From assembly GCA_019751915.1 (NCBI GenBank), contig JAIEMS010000012.1, forward strand, positions 59,582 through 123,581: a stretch of 64,000 nucleotides of DNA, written 5' to 3'. Source of the stretch: Burkholderiaceae bacterium. Its GTDB lineage: Bacteria; Pseudomonadota; Gammaproteobacteria; Burkholderiales; Burkholderiaceae_C. Shown here in pieces: positions 1 through 9,758 of the stretch (the stretch's first letter is position 1; each line of letters opens with the position of its first letter). Under the pieces are notes generated by a model. It searched no databases. It was given only the letters and a program-made list of their open reading frames with translations, and was not told the DNA's origin. A program made the translations under genes and the position numbers.

Positions 1-2002
1 TCTCAACCCCCTCAGCCACCACCGTTTTGCGCAAACTCTTGCCCAACGAGATAGCGGCACGGGCGATCATGGCAACTTCTTGTTCGTGCTCAACCCCCGT
101 CACCAAAGATCGGTCAATTTTGATGATGTCCAACGGAAAGCGGCGCAAATAGCTCAAGGATGAATAGCCAGTGCCAAAGTCATCCATTGCCAAGCTAACG
201 CCGAGCGCCTTAAAGGCACTCAGCAGTGTCACCGCCCGCTCGCTGTCGCCCATGAACACCGATTCGGTGATTTCCAGCTCCACATGGTTCGGTGGTACAT
301 CGGCATCACGCAACAAATTGGCAACGTGCGAGACGATGTCATCGCTCAAGAAAAGCTGGGGCGAAAGATTCACGGCCATGCGCAAAGGCACCTCGCGGTG
401 CAAGTTCCAGCGGTGGGCAGCAGCAAAAGCGCGGCGCAAAATAGCGGTGGTCAACGGCACGATCAGGCCGGTTTCTTCAGCGACCGGAATAAAGCGGTCG
501 GGGCCGACAGTGCCCAGTTCGGGGTGCTTCCAGCGTGCCAGTGCCTCCATGCCGACAATGCGGCGGGTGTGGTCGACCTTGGGCTGGTAATGCACGTCAA
601 AGCCATCGTGCTCCAAGGCTGAACGCATGGCCGCTTCAAGGTTCAAACGCTCATCGGCCATGCGATTGAGTTCGCGGGTGAAAAACTGAAAATTGTTTCG
701 CCCTCGGTCTTTGGCCGCATACATCGCGACATCGGCGTGTTTTAGCAGCAGTTGTGCGTCGTCGCCATCGTTGGGAAACAATGCCACACCCAAACTGGCC
801 CCGACATGAAACTCCCGACCCGACAACTGAATAGGTCGGCCAATTTCTTGCAGCACCCGCTCCAACAACGAAATGACGCTGCTGGTGCGGTAGTGGTCGT
901 TGATGACCAACACAAATTCATCGCCGCCCAAACGGGCCACTGTGTCTGAGCTGCGCAGACAAGAGGCCAAGCGGGTGCCAACCTCTTTAAGCAGCTCATC
1001 GCCCGCTGCATGGCCCAAACTGTCGTTAATGAATTTGAAGTTATCGAGATCAATAAACACCAACGCCAAGTAGTAGCCCAAGCGCGTAGCCCGGGCAATG
1101 CCCTGCTCAATGCGGTCGCCCAACAACACGCGGTTGGGCAAGCCCGTCAGCAAATCGTGGTTGGCCTGACGCTCTAACTGCTCTTGGTAATGGCGCCGCT
1201 CAGAAATGTCTTGCACCGTGCCTTCGTAGCAGATGAATTCACCCTGCGGGCCACGGACAATATGGGCGTTTTCGGAAATCCAAATCCGGGTACCGTCGTG
1301 GCGGTACACCTCGGACTCAAAGTTGAGCACCTGACCTTGGGCTTTCATCAAGCGGTGAAAGACCTCGCGCCGTCCCGCCTTGACGTACAGCCTGCGGTCA
1401 ATGTCAGACAAATCGGTCATCAATTCTTGCGCCGTGGCATAACCATAAATACGCGCCAGCGCGGGGTTGGCTGCCAGGTATTGACCATCGCGTGTCGTTT
1501 GGAAAATGCCCTCGCTGGCATGCTCAAAAATGTGCCGGTAGCGCAACTCGGCGTGCTCCAGCGCCTCCAGCGTCGTTTGGCGCAGGGTGATATCTTCAAT
1601 AAAGCCTTCAATGACCAAGGCGTTTTGCTCATCGCGCACCGCAATGCCGCGCTCAACCACAAAGCGAGTCTCACCCGATGCGGTGCTAATGCGGTACTGC
1701 ACCGTGAACCGTTGCCCAGCTTCGACGGCAGCGCTGATGACAGCGCGCACCCGCGCACGATCTTCGGGGTGGGTGATGTATTCCCACGAAATATCCGTTT
1801 TGCCCAAAAGCTGCTCGGGAGCATAGCCCGTCAGTGCCGTGCAACCTTGGCTGACAAAGACCATCGTCCAATAGGCATCGTTCAAAGAACGGTAAGCCAT
1901 GCCTTCGAGGTTGTGAACCAACGTATCGAGCACACGCGACCGATCTACGACCTCGGTGGAGAGCAAATTGGCGCGGCGCGGGCGTGGAGCGGAGTGGGAC
2001 AC
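1..2002 (-). CDS. PAS-PAS-GGDEF-EAL c-di-GMP signalling protein (C-terminus runs off the left window edge)
   Basis: My own minus-strand translation gives VARLGGDEFVLVI (GGDEF, nt ~914-928), VELEITES (nt ~260-280) and LAMDDFGTGYSSLSYL...IKIDRSL (EAL domain). Two PAS-like segments lie N-terminal to these. A GTG sits at 2002-2000, with an alternative ATG near 1900. It is missing from the ORF track because there is no stop inside the window. Confidence 0.85.
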   Translation of the reverse strand, partial: MSHSAPRPRRANLLSTEVVDRSRVLDTLVHNLEGMAYRSLNDAYWTMVFVSQGCTALTGYAPEQLLGKTDISWEYITHPEDRARVRAVISAAVEAGQRFTVQYRISTASGETRFVVERGIAVRDEQNALVIEGFIEDITLRQTTLEALEHAELRYRHIFEHASEGIFQTTRDGQYLAANPALARIYGYATAQELMTDLSDIDRRLYVKAGRREVFHRLMKAQGQVLNFESEVYRHDGTRIWISENAHIVRGPQGEFICYEGTVQDISERRHYQEQLERQANHDLLTGLPNRVLLGDRIEQGIARATRLGYYLALVFIDLDNFKFINDSLGHAAGDELLKEVGTRLASCLRSSDTVARLGGDEFVLVINDHYRTSSVISLLERVLQEIGRPIQLSGREFHVGASLGVALFPNDGDDAQLLLKHADVAMYAAKDRGRNNFQFFTRELNRMADERLNLEAAMRSALEHDGFDVHYQPKVDHTRRIVGMEALARWKHPELGTVGPDRFIPVAEETGLIVPLTTAILRRAFAAAHRWNLHREVPLRMAVNLSPQLFLSDDIVSHVANLLRDADVPPNHVELEITESVFMGDSERAVTLLSAFKALGVSLAMDDFGTGYSSLSYLRRFPLDIIKIDRSLVTGVEHEQEVAMIARAAISLGKSLRKTVVAEGVE

Positions 2003-2094
2003 GGTAAAAAAGAATCAGCAAATAGAGTCAAACGAGAGCAAGCAAGCAACATGCCCAAAGAATCGGGCTTGCCGCCCATCTTAAACTGCCCATT

Positions 2095-2544
2095 TCAGTC
2101 GCGCCCTAGGGCTTGCTCCACGCCCCGATTGGCCAGTGCGTCAGCGCGCTCGTTGCCCGGGTCACCCGAATGGCCCTTGACCCAGCGCCAGTCAATACGG
2201 TGCCCCCCACCGCCGACCAGTGCATCTAGGCGCTGCCACAGTTCGACATTTTTCACAGGCTGCTTGGCCGCAGTGCGCCAGCCCCGCGCTTTCCAGCCGT
2301 GAATCCACTCGGTGATGCCTTTGCGAACGTATTCGCTATCGAGGTACAGCGTGACGGCACACGGACGCTTGAGCGCAGTCAAGGCTTCGATCACCGCCAT
2401 CAGCTCCATGCGGTTGTTGGTGGTGCCCAGCTCGCCGCCAAAAAGTTCTTTTTCGATGGCCCCCGAGCGCAGCAATACGCCCCAGCCCCCCGGGCCGGGG
2501 TTGCCTTTGCAAGCCCCGTCGGTGTAAATCTCGATCTCGTTCAC
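2095..2544 (-). CDS. rnhA: Ribonuclease HI
   Basis: 149 aa, starting [22 protein letters not shown]...TNNRMEL, a typical RNase H1. GTG start overlaps the upstream stop (GTGA). Confidence 0.95.
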   Translation of the reverse strand: MNEIEIYTDGACKGNPGPGGWGVLLRSGAIEKELFGGELGTTNNRMELMAVIEALTALKRPCAVTLYLDSEYVRKGITEWIHGWKARGWRTAAKQPVKNVELWQRLDALVGGGGHRIDWRWVKGHSGDPGNERADALANRGVEQALGRD

Positions 2545-3356
2545 TCAATACGTCCTGTCTGTCGGTCTGTCGTCGAAAAAATGCCCGCCCGATTGGCAAC
2601 CGGCATCGGTGCAGCGGCCCGTTGCCCGCTGGTGCGCCAAGCCGGGCCAAGCAAGCGCACGCCATGCACCCGCTTGATCGCCACCACAAAATACACAGCG
2701 CCAAGTATCGGCCAACAACGCGGCCCGACCCTGTCCATCCACGAGAAGCGCTCCAACCATGCGTCTGTGCGTACTGCGGGCCGATAACAACCAAAATGGG
2801 CCGATTCGACCTCAAAATTGAGCAATCGCAGCCAATCACGCAAACGCCAATAGCCAATAAATTCGCCCACATCGGGCAGGTACAGGTCGTCCCAACCCAA
2901 GCGCTGGTACAAGCGGGCGCGGCGCTGGCGCAACCCCCACAAACTCACCGGATTGAGCCCGCTGATTACCACGCGCCCCTCGGGTACCAGCACGCGGGCC
3001 ACTTCACGCAGGGCCGCATGGGGGTCGTGGCTCAATTCAAGGGCGTGGGGCAGCAGCAATAAATCAAGGCTATTTTCGGCAAATGGCAAGGCCATAGCGT
3101 GGGCCAATACATCGGGGGCGGCTCCGGCACCGGGCGCGGGTGCCTGCACTTGGTCCATCGCCCGCCAGCGGTGCGGCATGCGGTTGGCGCGCAAGCCATC
3201 GAGCTGGGGCATACCCAGTTGCACACTGTGGTAGCCAAATACATTGGCGACTGCTTCATCAAAGTGTGCTTGCTCCCATGCCAGCAGATAACGGCCTGGC
3301 GCAGAATCGAACCAATGGTGCAAACCTATAATTTGAGCGCTCATGCTTCCATCCAC
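2541..3356 (-). CDS. Class I SAM-dependent methyltransferase (YafS-like)
   Basis: 271 aa in the conserved gloB / methyltransferase-rnhA arrangement. C-terminal half resembles methyltransferase type 11 (LLLPHALE...[15 protein letters not shown]). Confidence 0.8.
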   Translation of the reverse strand: MDGSMSAQIIGLHHWFDSAPGRYLLAWEQAHFDEAVANVFGYHSVQLGMPQLDGLRANRMPHRWRAMDQVQAPAPGAGAAPDVLAHAMALPFAENSLDLLLLPHALELSHDPHAALREVARVLVPEGRVVISGLNPVSLWGLRQRRARLYQRLGWDDLYLPDVGEFIGYWRLRDWLRLLNFEVESAHFGCYRPAVRTDAWLERFSWMDRVGPRCWPILGAVYFVVAIKRVHGVRLLGPAWRTSGQRAAAPMPVANRAGIFSTTDRQTGRIE

Positions 3357-3448
3357 GCCCTGAGAGGGCCGACTTTGGAAAAGGTGGCCCCCGTCCGGTC
3401 TGTTTTATTTCCTTCAACGAAGTCGCTTCCAACCCAAGCCCGTTTCGG

Positions 3449-4225
3449 ATGAATCTGCTACCCATCCCCGCTTTTTCTGACAACTACATCTGGATACTGC
3501 ACCACAGGCAGCAAGCCATCGTGGTCGATCCGGGCGAGGCGCAGCCGGTTTTGCAGGCCCTCGACCGCTTGGGTCTCACGCTGCAAGCTATTCTAATCAC
3601 GCACCACCACGGCGACCACACCGATGGCGTTGCCCCTTTGTGCCAAGCCACGCAAGCTGTAGTGTATGGGCCAGCGCGCGAATCTATGCCCGCTGGCACG
3701 GTGGCTTTGCGCGGTGGCGATGCGTTCTCAGCGCTGGGGGTTTCATGGCGTGTGATCGACGTTCCGGGCCACACGGCAGGCCATATCGCCTATTACGGGG
3801 AGCAGCCCGACCAAGCACCGCTGCTGTTTTGCGGCGACACCTTGTTTTCTGGCGGTTGTGGCCGGTTGTTTGAAGGTACGCCCGCGCAAATGCAAGCCTC
3901 GCTCGATACCTTGGCCGCACTGCCCGATGACACCCGCGTATGCTGTGCGCACGAATACACCTTATCGAACCTAAAATTTGCCTGCGCTGTGGAACCTGGA
4001 AACACGGCCTTACTCCAGTACCAAAGCCTGTGCCAAGACCTGCGAGCGCGCCACCAACCGACGCTGCCCTCGCGGATCGGGCATGAACGCGACATCAATC
4101 CGTTTCTTCGCACGCGGGTGCCTGCGGTCGTAGCAGCAGCACAAGCGCACGCTGGCACGCCCATCGACCGCTGTGATCCAGTGGCTGTGTTGGCACAGTT
4201 GCGTGAATGGAAAAACATTTTTTGA
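3449..4225 (+). CDS. gloB: Hydroxyacylglutathione hydrolase (glyoxalase II)
   Basis: 258 aa, starting MNLLPIPAFSDNYIWIL, with the ITHHHGDH metallo-beta-lactamase motif. Divergent from the methyltransferase-rnhA pair, as in other proteobacteria. Confidence 0.95.
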   Translation: MNLLPIPAFSDNYIWILHHRQQAIVVDPGEAQPVLQALDRLGLTLQAILITHHHGDHTDGVAPLCQATQAVVYGPARESMPAGTVALRGGDAFSALGVSWRVIDVPGHTAGHIAYYGEQPDQAPLLFCGDTLFSGGCGRLFEGTPAQMQASLDTLAALPDDTRVCCAHEYTLSNLKFACAVEPGNTALLQYQSLCQDLRARHQPTLPSRIGHERDINPFLRTRVPAVVAAAQAHAGTPIDRCDPVAVLAQLREWKNIF

Positions 4226-4331
4226 TGTTGCAATCCACCCCCTGAAGGGGCCATTTTGGAAGAGGCATTACCTCTGCCAAAGATATTCCCATCCCCCTCA
4301 AGGGGGAGGTTCTAAACCAAAGTAGTTTTAG

Positions 4332-5933
4332 ATGAAACAAATTTCTGCTGTTTGCCTTGCGGGTTTGGTTTTTCTTTCAGGGTGCGCCACACAAAATACA
4401 GCGCCCAAGGTGGCCCAAGATGCCAAACCGACCGCCGACTCTGATGCTCTGGCTACCACTCCAGAATCGGCCCCAGAGAGTTCGCTGTTTGGCCGCTTTG
4501 GTTTTGGCAATAACACCTTGCCTTTGCAGCCGGTCACTCTGGTGCCATCGAGTAGCCGACAAGTAGCGCCGCTGTTTGCGCCCTCGGATTTATGGGATCG
4601 CATGCGCCGTGGTTTTGCCATGCCCAATCTGCAACACGATTTGGTGCAAGACCGCGAGCAGTGGTATGCCAGCCGGCCCGACTACATCCTGCGCATGACC
4701 GAGCGCTCTAGCAAATACTTGTTTTATATCGTCGAGGAGTTAGAGCGCCGTGGTATGCCAACCGAGTTGGCATTGCTGCCCTACATCGAGAGTGCTTTTA
4801 ACCCGCAAGCGGTCTCCAGTGCCAAGGCTGCGGGCATGTGGCAGTTCATGCCTGCCACCGGCAATTATTTTGATCTCAAGCAAAATGTTTTCCGCGATGA
4901 TCGGCGCGATGTGCTGGCCTCAACCCGGGCAGCGCTCGATTATTTGCAAAAGCTGCACGGTATGTTTGGCGACTGGCATTTGGCTCTGGCCGCCTACAAC
5001 TGGGGCGAGGGCAATGTTGGTCGCGCTATTGCCCGCAACCAAAAGGCCGGACTGGGCCTGAGTTATGCCGAGCTGAACATGCCCGCTGAAACGCGCATGT
5101 ACGTCCCCAAACTCCAAGCGGTTAAAAACATTGTGGCCCAGCCCAGTGCTTTCAATGCAGATTTACCGCTGATCGAAAACCACCCCTACTTCCAAACCGT
5201 CGAGATTACCCGCGACATGGACGTAGCACTGGCGGCACGTCTGGCCGGTGTGCGCGAGGAAGATTTTCGTGCCCTGAACCCTTCCCTCCACAAACCAGTG
5301 ATTTTGGCTGCCGGGACACCGCAAATTTTGCTGCCTTGGGACAACGCCAAGGTGTTTGAGCGCAATTTGCAGGCACACACCCAAGGCCAGTACGCGAGCT
5401 GGACGGTTTGGACTGTGCCCAGTACCATGAGCCCCGCCGATGCAGCCCAGCGTGTCGGCATGAACGAAGCCGAGCTGCGCAGCATCAACCACATTCCGCC
5501 GCGCATGCTCATCAAGGCAGGATCGGCATTGATGGTGCCGCGCTCAACCACCATGCGCGAAGATGTCACAGGCCGGGTGGCAGACAGCGGCCAGATGGCA
5601 TTGACCCCCGAAATGGTCACCCGCCGCACCACCGTGCGCGCCGGTAAACGCGACAGCGTTGCCAGTCTGGCCCAGCGCCACCACCTCAGTGCGGCCAACG
5701 TCGCCGAGTGGAACGGTGTCAAACCCGGTGCAGCCTTCAAACCAGGCCAGCAGGTGGTGCTGTACTTGCCGATGCAAGTCAAATCGACCGTAGCTTCGGC
5801 CCATCGAGGGCGGAATGCACCCGCGACGCGCCAGCGCGCACAGGCCGCCAACCGCACGCAAGCGACGGCCAAGCGTGGGTCAGCCGCGCCGGTCAAGGTT
5901 GCGCGGGCTGGCGGAAAAACAGAACGGCGCTGA
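4332..5933 (+). CDS. mltD: Membrane-bound lytic murein transglycosylase D-like lipoprotein with C-terminal LysM repeats
   Basis: 533 aa with a lipobox (LSGCAT), an SLT catalytic region (LPYIESAFNP...AAGMWQFMP...AYNWGEG) and two LysM-like repeats. It sits next to gloB as in E. coli. Confidence 0.9.
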   Translation: MKQISAVCLAGLVFLSGCATQNTAPKVAQDAKPTADSDALATTPESAPESSLFGRFGFGNNTLPLQPVTLVPSSSRQVAPLFAPSDLWDRMRRGFAMPNLQHDLVQDREQWYASRPDYILRMTERSSKYLFYIVEELERRGMPTELALLPYIESAFNPQAVSSAKAAGMWQFMPATGNYFDLKQNVFRDDRRDVLASTRAALDYLQKLHGMFGDWHLALAAYNWGEGNVGRAIARNQKAGLGLSYAELNMPAETRMYVPKLQAVKNIVAQPSAFNADLPLIENHPYFQTVEITRDMDVALAARLAGVREEDFRALNPSLHKPVILAAGTPQILLPWDNAKVFERNLQAHTQGQYASWTVWTVPSTMSPADAAQRVGMNEAELRSINHIPPRMLIKAGSALMVPRSTTMREDVTGRVADSGQMALTPEMVTRRTTVRAGKRDSVASLAQRHHLSAANVAEWNGVKPGAAFKPGQQVVLYLPMQVKSTVASAHRGRNAPATRQRAQAANRTQATAKRGSAAPVKVARAGGKTERR

Positions 5934-6003
5934 ACAGCGCTATTTCGCTTGCTCTGCGTCTATTTTTAGATCTTTTTCGGCTGTAGCCATTGCAGGGCCA
6001 GCC

Positions 6004-6026
6004 TAAGCAGCTATCAAATTAGGAGT
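6004..6026. repeat. Degenerate copy of the interspersed motif (mltD/recR convergent spacer)
   Basis: TAAGCAGCTATCAAATTAGGAGT shares the left 19 nt with the 13208 and 56427 copies; the right arm has diverged. A similar half-copy, GCTATAAAAACAGGAGC, lies at about 10678-10694. Confidence 0.4.
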
Positions 6027-6028
6027 AA

Positions 6029-6622
6029 TCAACGCCGATCGGCCAGTGCGTGGGCAATGGTGCCCAAATCGACATACTCCAGCTCGCTGCCCACCGGCAC
6101 GCCACGCGCCAGCCGCGTGGTGCGGATGCCCCGGGCCTTGAGCGCCTCGGTAATGACGTAGGCCGTGGTTTCGCCCTCGGCGGTGAAATTGGTTGCCAAA
6201 ATCACCTCTTGCACCACGCCGTCGTTGGCGCGGTCGAGCAAATTCTTCAGGCCAATGTCTTGTGGCCCAATGCCATCGAGGGGGCTGATGCGCCCCATCA
6301 GCACAAAATACAAACCCGTAAAAGCACCAGTGCGCTCCAGCGCGGACTGGTCGGCAGGTGTTTCGACCACGCACAGCCGGGTGGCATCGCGGCCAGCATC
6401 CAAGCACACGCTGCACACGGGCGCTTGGGTAAAGGTGTGGCAGCGCTCACAGTGGCCCATGCTGGCGACGGCCTCGGTCAAGGCCTGCGCCAACACCAGC
6501 GCACCTTGGCGGTCGTGCTGGAGCAGGTGAAAGGCCATGCGCGAGGCCGACTTCACGCCCACCCCGGGCAAACGCCGCAGCGCCTGCACCAGTGCCTCTA
6601 GGGAGTTGGCGGGGGCCGTCAT
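6029..6622 (-). CDS. recR: Recombination protein RecR
   Basis: 197 aa with [20 protein letters not shown], a C4 zinc finger (CERCHTF...CSVC) and a Toprim region. Confidence 0.95.
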   Translation of the reverse strand: MTAPANSLEALVQALRRLPGVGVKSASRMAFHLLQHDRQGALVLAQALTEAVASMGHCERCHTFTQAPVCSVCLDAGRDATRLCVVETPADQSALERTGAFTGLYFVLMGRISPLDGIGPQDIGLKNLLDRANDGVVQEVILATNFTAEGETTAYVITEALKARGIRTTRLARGVPVGSELEYVDLGTIAHALADRR

Positions 6623-6650
6623 GGTGGCAATACCGGGGCGGCGCTCTTAC

Positions 6651-6983
6651 TTAGAACGGAAACTTCATGCCGCCGGGCAAACCGGGCATGCCAGCGGTGA
6701 GCTTGCCCATTTTTTCTTGCGAAGTTTCTTCGGCCTTGCGCACTGCGGCGTTGAAAGCGGCAGCGACCAAATCTTCGAGCATGTCTTTGTCTTCGGCCAG
6801 CAGGCTGGGGTCAATGGTGATGCGTTTGACATCGTGCTTGCAAGTCATCAGCACTTTGACCAAGCCAGCGCCCGATTCGCCTTCGACTTCCACCGAGCCG
6901 AGTTCGTCTTGCGCCTTTTTCAGGTTGTCCTGCATGGCTTGGGCTTGCTTCATCAGGCCAGCGAGTTGTCCTTTATTGAACAT
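6651..6983 (-). CDS. ybaB: Nucleoid-associated protein YbaB/EbfC
   Basis: 110 aa, starting [28 protein letters not shown]. Part of the dnaX-ybaB-recR operon order. Confidence 0.95.
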   Translation of the reverse strand: MFNKGQLAGLMKQAQAMQDNLKKAQDELGSVEVEGESGAGLVKVLMTCKHDVKRITIDPSLLAEDKDMLEDLVAAAFNAAVRKAEETSQEKMGKLTAGMPGLPGGMKFPF

Positions 6984-7015
6984 GTAAATACCTTTCGAGT
7001 GAATGAGGGAAGGGG

Positions 7016-8827
7016 TTAAAGGGGTTGGATGCTACCGGGAACGATTTTCGCGTCGTAATCGCGCAGCATGGCCTGCACAAAGGGGTCGTTCTCCACGATG
7101 CTTTGGGCCATGCGCTGGCGTTCTTGCTCGGCTGCTGCATTGCGCCGGGCCGGGTTATCGGTGACTGGCCCGATTTCAATACTGATTTTCTGTGCATAAC
7201 CTGCCGCCTCCAGCGCAACGCGCAGGCGCTCGCGGGTGCTGGGCTGGTTGAGCAATTCGCGCTCAACGCGCAGCAACCAATGGCCCCCATCGCGCGCCAG
7301 CAGTTGCGATTGCAACGCCAGTTCGCGCACCAGCGCCGTGATAGCTTCGCTGGCAATCAGGGCCTGCACTGCGGCGTGCCACACATCGCCCTCGTGGGTG
7401 GATGCAGCCGCTGGGCCGGGTTCAGGCACGGTGCTGGGCGATTCAACACAAACCAATGGCTCAGCCACGGCCAAATTTTTTGCTATTACATTTATAGCAT
7501 CCAATTCAGATGGGACATGGGCTGGAGGCTCTTTTTGCTTTAAATCCGGCTCCACAGGCGGCAAAACAGGGGCAACGCTGGGCGCGGCCACCACAGGGGG
7601 CGAGGCGGGCAGCGGTGCAGATACGGGTGCAGGTGCAAACGGTGTCGATGCCGCCGCAGGCAGCGCTGGTGCGCTGGCGGTGTCAGAGCGAATCAGTGTT
7701 TTTTTTTCTGTGGTGGTCGTTGCAGGCTTAAACGCCAACGGACGCAGCAACACCATCGTCAGGGCTGCGTACTCGTCGGGGGCCAAGCCCAATTCACCGC
7801 GTCCGTGCAGGCAAATGCTGTACAAGAGCTGGGTTTCGTCCGCCGGTAACAGGGCCGCTAAACGCGCTATCTCCACCGCATCGGGGTCACTGGCATCGAC
7901 GCTAGCGGCCATTTGCGGCACCGCTTGCAACACCGCCATGCGCTGCAAAACAGCGCTCATATCTTCCAGCGTTGAGGCCGCTGACAGACCATGCAGGCGC
8001 AGCACCTCGGCGGTCTCTACCACTGTTTTGCCATCGCCCAGTGCAATGGACTCGATCAACCGAAAAACATACGACCGATCAACACTGCCCAACATCAGCC
8101 GCACCGTAGGCTCTTCGAGTTGGCCGCTGCCAAAGGCAATGGCCTGATCGGTCAAACTGAGTGCATCGCGCATGGAGCCACGCGCTGCCCGGGCCAGCAA
8201 GCGCAGCGCTTGCGGTTGGGCTGGTACGTTTTCAAAAGCCAGCACCTTGGTGAGGTGGTCAAGCACCGTCTCGGGGGCCATCGGACGCAAATTAAATTGC
8301 AGACAACGCGACAGCACCGTCACCGGAACCTTTTGCGGATCGGTGGTCGCTAAAACAAACTTCAGGTACTCGGGCGGCTCTTCCAATGTCTTGAGCATGG
8401 CATTGAAGGCGGTGTTGGTCAGCATGTGGACTTCGTCGATCATGAAGACCTTAAAGCGCCCCTGCACCGGCTTGTAAACCGCCTGCTCGAGCAAACTTTG
8501 CACCTCATCAACGCCCCGGTTGGAGGCGGCATCGAGTTCGGTGTAATCGACGAAACGGCCACTGTCGATGTCGCGGCAAGCTTGGCAAACCCCACACGGC
8601 GTAGCGGTAATGCCCCCTTGCCCATCCGGGCCTTGGCAATTGAGCGACTTGGCCAAAATCCGCGACACCGTCGTTTTGCCAACGCCACGCGTGCCGGTAA
8701 ACAGGTAGGCGTGGTGCAAACGCTGCTGCGTCAGCGCGTTGGTCAGAGCTTGCACAACGTGCTCTTGCCCGACCATTTCAGTGAAATTGCGGGGACGGTA
8801 CTTGCGGGCGAGCACGATGTAAGGCAT
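7016..8827 (-). CDS. dnaX: DNA polymerase III subunit tau (possibly also gamma)
   Basis: Starts [15 protein letters not shown], with GTRGVGKTT (Walker A), a Zn module ([10 protein letters not shown]), then an Ala/Pro-rich linker and a C-terminal tau domain. I prefer the ATG at 8827 over the ORF-track start at 8860. Confidence 0.93.
   Translation of the reverse strand: MPYIVLARKYRPRNFTEMVGQEHVVQALTNALTQQRLHHAYLFTGTRGVGKTTVSRILAKSLNCQGPDGQGGITATPCGVCQACRDIDSGRFVDYTELDAASNRGVDEVQSLLEQAVYKPVQGRFKVFMIDEVHMLTNTAFNAMLKTLEEPPEYLKFVLATTDPQKVPVTVLSRCLQFNLRPMAPETVLDHLTKVLAFENVPAQPQALRLLARAARGSMRDALSLTDQAIAFGSGQLEEPTVRLMLGSVDRSYVFRLIESIALGDGKTVVETAEVLRLHGLSAASTLEDMSAVLQRMAVLQAVPQMAASVDASDPDAVEIARLAALLPADETQLLYSICLHGRGELGLAPDEYAALTMVLLRPLAFKPATTTTEKKTLIRSDTASAPALPAAASTPFAPAPVSAPLPASPPVVAAPSVAPVLPPVEPDLKQKEPPAHVPSELDAINVIAKNLAVAEPLVCVESPSTVPEPGPAAASTHEGDVWHAAVQALIASEAITALVRELALQSQLLARDGGHWLLRVERELLNQPSTRERLRVALEAAGYAQKISIEIGPVTDNPARRNAAAEQERQRMAQSIVENDPFVQAMLRDYDAKIVPGSIQPL
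7699..7707 (-). other. A9 homopolymer (G AAA AAA AAA C) in dnaX; candidate recoding or transcriptional-slippage site
   Basis: Codons are ACA GAA AAA AAA ACA CTG. The -1 frame reaches TGA after 5 codons (forward 7683-7685). The +1 frame reaches TGA after 1 codon (forward 7693-7695). The site is near residue 375 of 603, at the end of domains I-III. Confidence 0.5.
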
Positions 8828-8968
8828 GGGGGTGATTCTATGTGCGCCCACCGCAGGCAAGCGCCGTTACCGAAAAACCCACTGAGTCATGCACATTGGC
8901 TGCATACGGCCTTCAGCCAAGCTTCATCTAAAGCGAGGATGATGCAACCTTTTACACAGGGAGACACC

Positions 8969-9520
8969 ATGGTTTCGATCACGCCATCAACACGCTATAG
9001 CGGCATATCCATCGCCATGCACTGGCTCATGGCCGCACTGCTGGTGGCTACCGCGATCACTATGGAAATTCGGGGCATCTACCCCAAAGGCAGCGATGCG
9101 CGCGAACTGATTAAAACGGTGCATTACATGCTCGGCATGGCGGTATTTGCACTGGTCTGGCTGCGGCTGATAGCCCGCGCTGCGGGCACGACCCCGCCCA
9201 TCAGTCCCGCGCCATCCGCAACACAAGCGCTGCTAGGCCACTTGGTGCATATGGCTTTGTACGCACTCATGGTGGGCCTGCCCCTGCTGGGTTGGCTGGC
9301 TCTGAGCGCCAAAGGTAAACCCGTGGCGTTGTTGTGGGGCATGCAACTGCCGATGCTGATCGCAGAAAACCGCGACACGGCACACTTGCTCAAAGAAATG
9401 CACGAAGTCGGTGCCCGAATCGGCTACGGTTTGCTGGCCCTGCACGCCGGTGCTGCGCTGCTGCACCATTACGTTTTGCGCGATAACACACTGGTGCGCA
9501 TGTTGCCCGGTAAGCGCTAA
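8969..9520 (+). CDS. Cytochrome b561 family protein
   Basis: 183 aa from the ATG at 8969, with AGGGAG 6 nt upstream. Contains SGISIAMHWLMA...HYMLGM..., four TM segments and conserved His residues. The longer ORF-track form (from 8426) overlaps dnaX and is rejected. Confidence 0.85.
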   Translation: MVSITPSTRYSGISIAMHWLMAALLVATAITMEIRGIYPKGSDARELIKTVHYMLGMAVFALVWLRLIARAAGTTPPISPAPSATQALLGHLVHMALYALMVGLPLLGWLALSAKGKPVALLWGMQLPMLIAENRDTAHLLKEMHEVGARIGYGLLALHAGAALLHHYVLRDNTLVRMLPGKR

Positions 9521-9554
9521 TACGGCCAGCACCCCGCCCAATCGCTTACAATGC

Positions 9555-9658
9555 GCTCTGACGGGCCTCCCCGCATGGCAAAGCAGCCAACCGGGTCAGG
9601 TGGGGAACCAAGCAGCCCTAACTGTAGAGCCAGTGCCGGGGGTAAGGCTCGTCAACTT
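9555..9658 (+). ncRNA. ffs: Signal recognition particle RNA (4.5S, small bacterial type)
   Basis: Domain IV core is CCGGGUCAGGUGGGGAACCAAGCAGCC; E. coli has CCAGGUCAGGUCCGGAAGGAAGCAGCC. The GGAA tetraloop has a compensatory UGG/CCA closing stem. Terminal helix pairs 5' UGACGGGCCUCCCCG with 3' CGGGGGUAAGGCUCGUCA, followed by CUUCUUUUU. Ends are approximate (+/-5 nt). Confidence 0.85.
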
Positions 9659-9758
9659 CTTTTTGTGCATCGCCAGCGGCGGTGCCTATCGCCCAAACCA
9701 CCCGATTCTTCACCAGCGCTGCCACCGACGGCAGCGCCCCGTGCAGCCGCGCCGTGGC

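Noticed and set aside
1184-2302. 372-aa ORF on the + strand, plus several shorter + strand ORFs at 171-950
   Set aside because: These are antisense shadows of the PAS-GGDEF-EAL gene. The minus strand carries unmistakable GGDEF and EAL motifs. The + strand products are Arg/Ala/Gly/Pro-rich low-complexity sequences, typical of high-GC antisense frames.
7498-7515. 17/18-nt identity between dnaX (coding strand TCCCATCTGAATTGGATG) and the oxygenase-leader palindrome (36670-36687, TCCCATCTGAATTAGATG)
   Set aside because: It is striking by eye. However, with about 8e9 position pairs in a 64-kb window (both strands), several 17/18 matches are expected by chance; my rough estimate is a handful. I do not count it as evidence of relatedness without a genome-wide test.
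8426-8968. N-terminal 181-aa extension of the cytochrome b561 ORF
   Set aside because: It overlaps the dnaX 5' region on the opposite strand and has no b561-like sequence. A good AGGGAG-N6-ATG start at 8969 gives the canonical ~180-aa protein.
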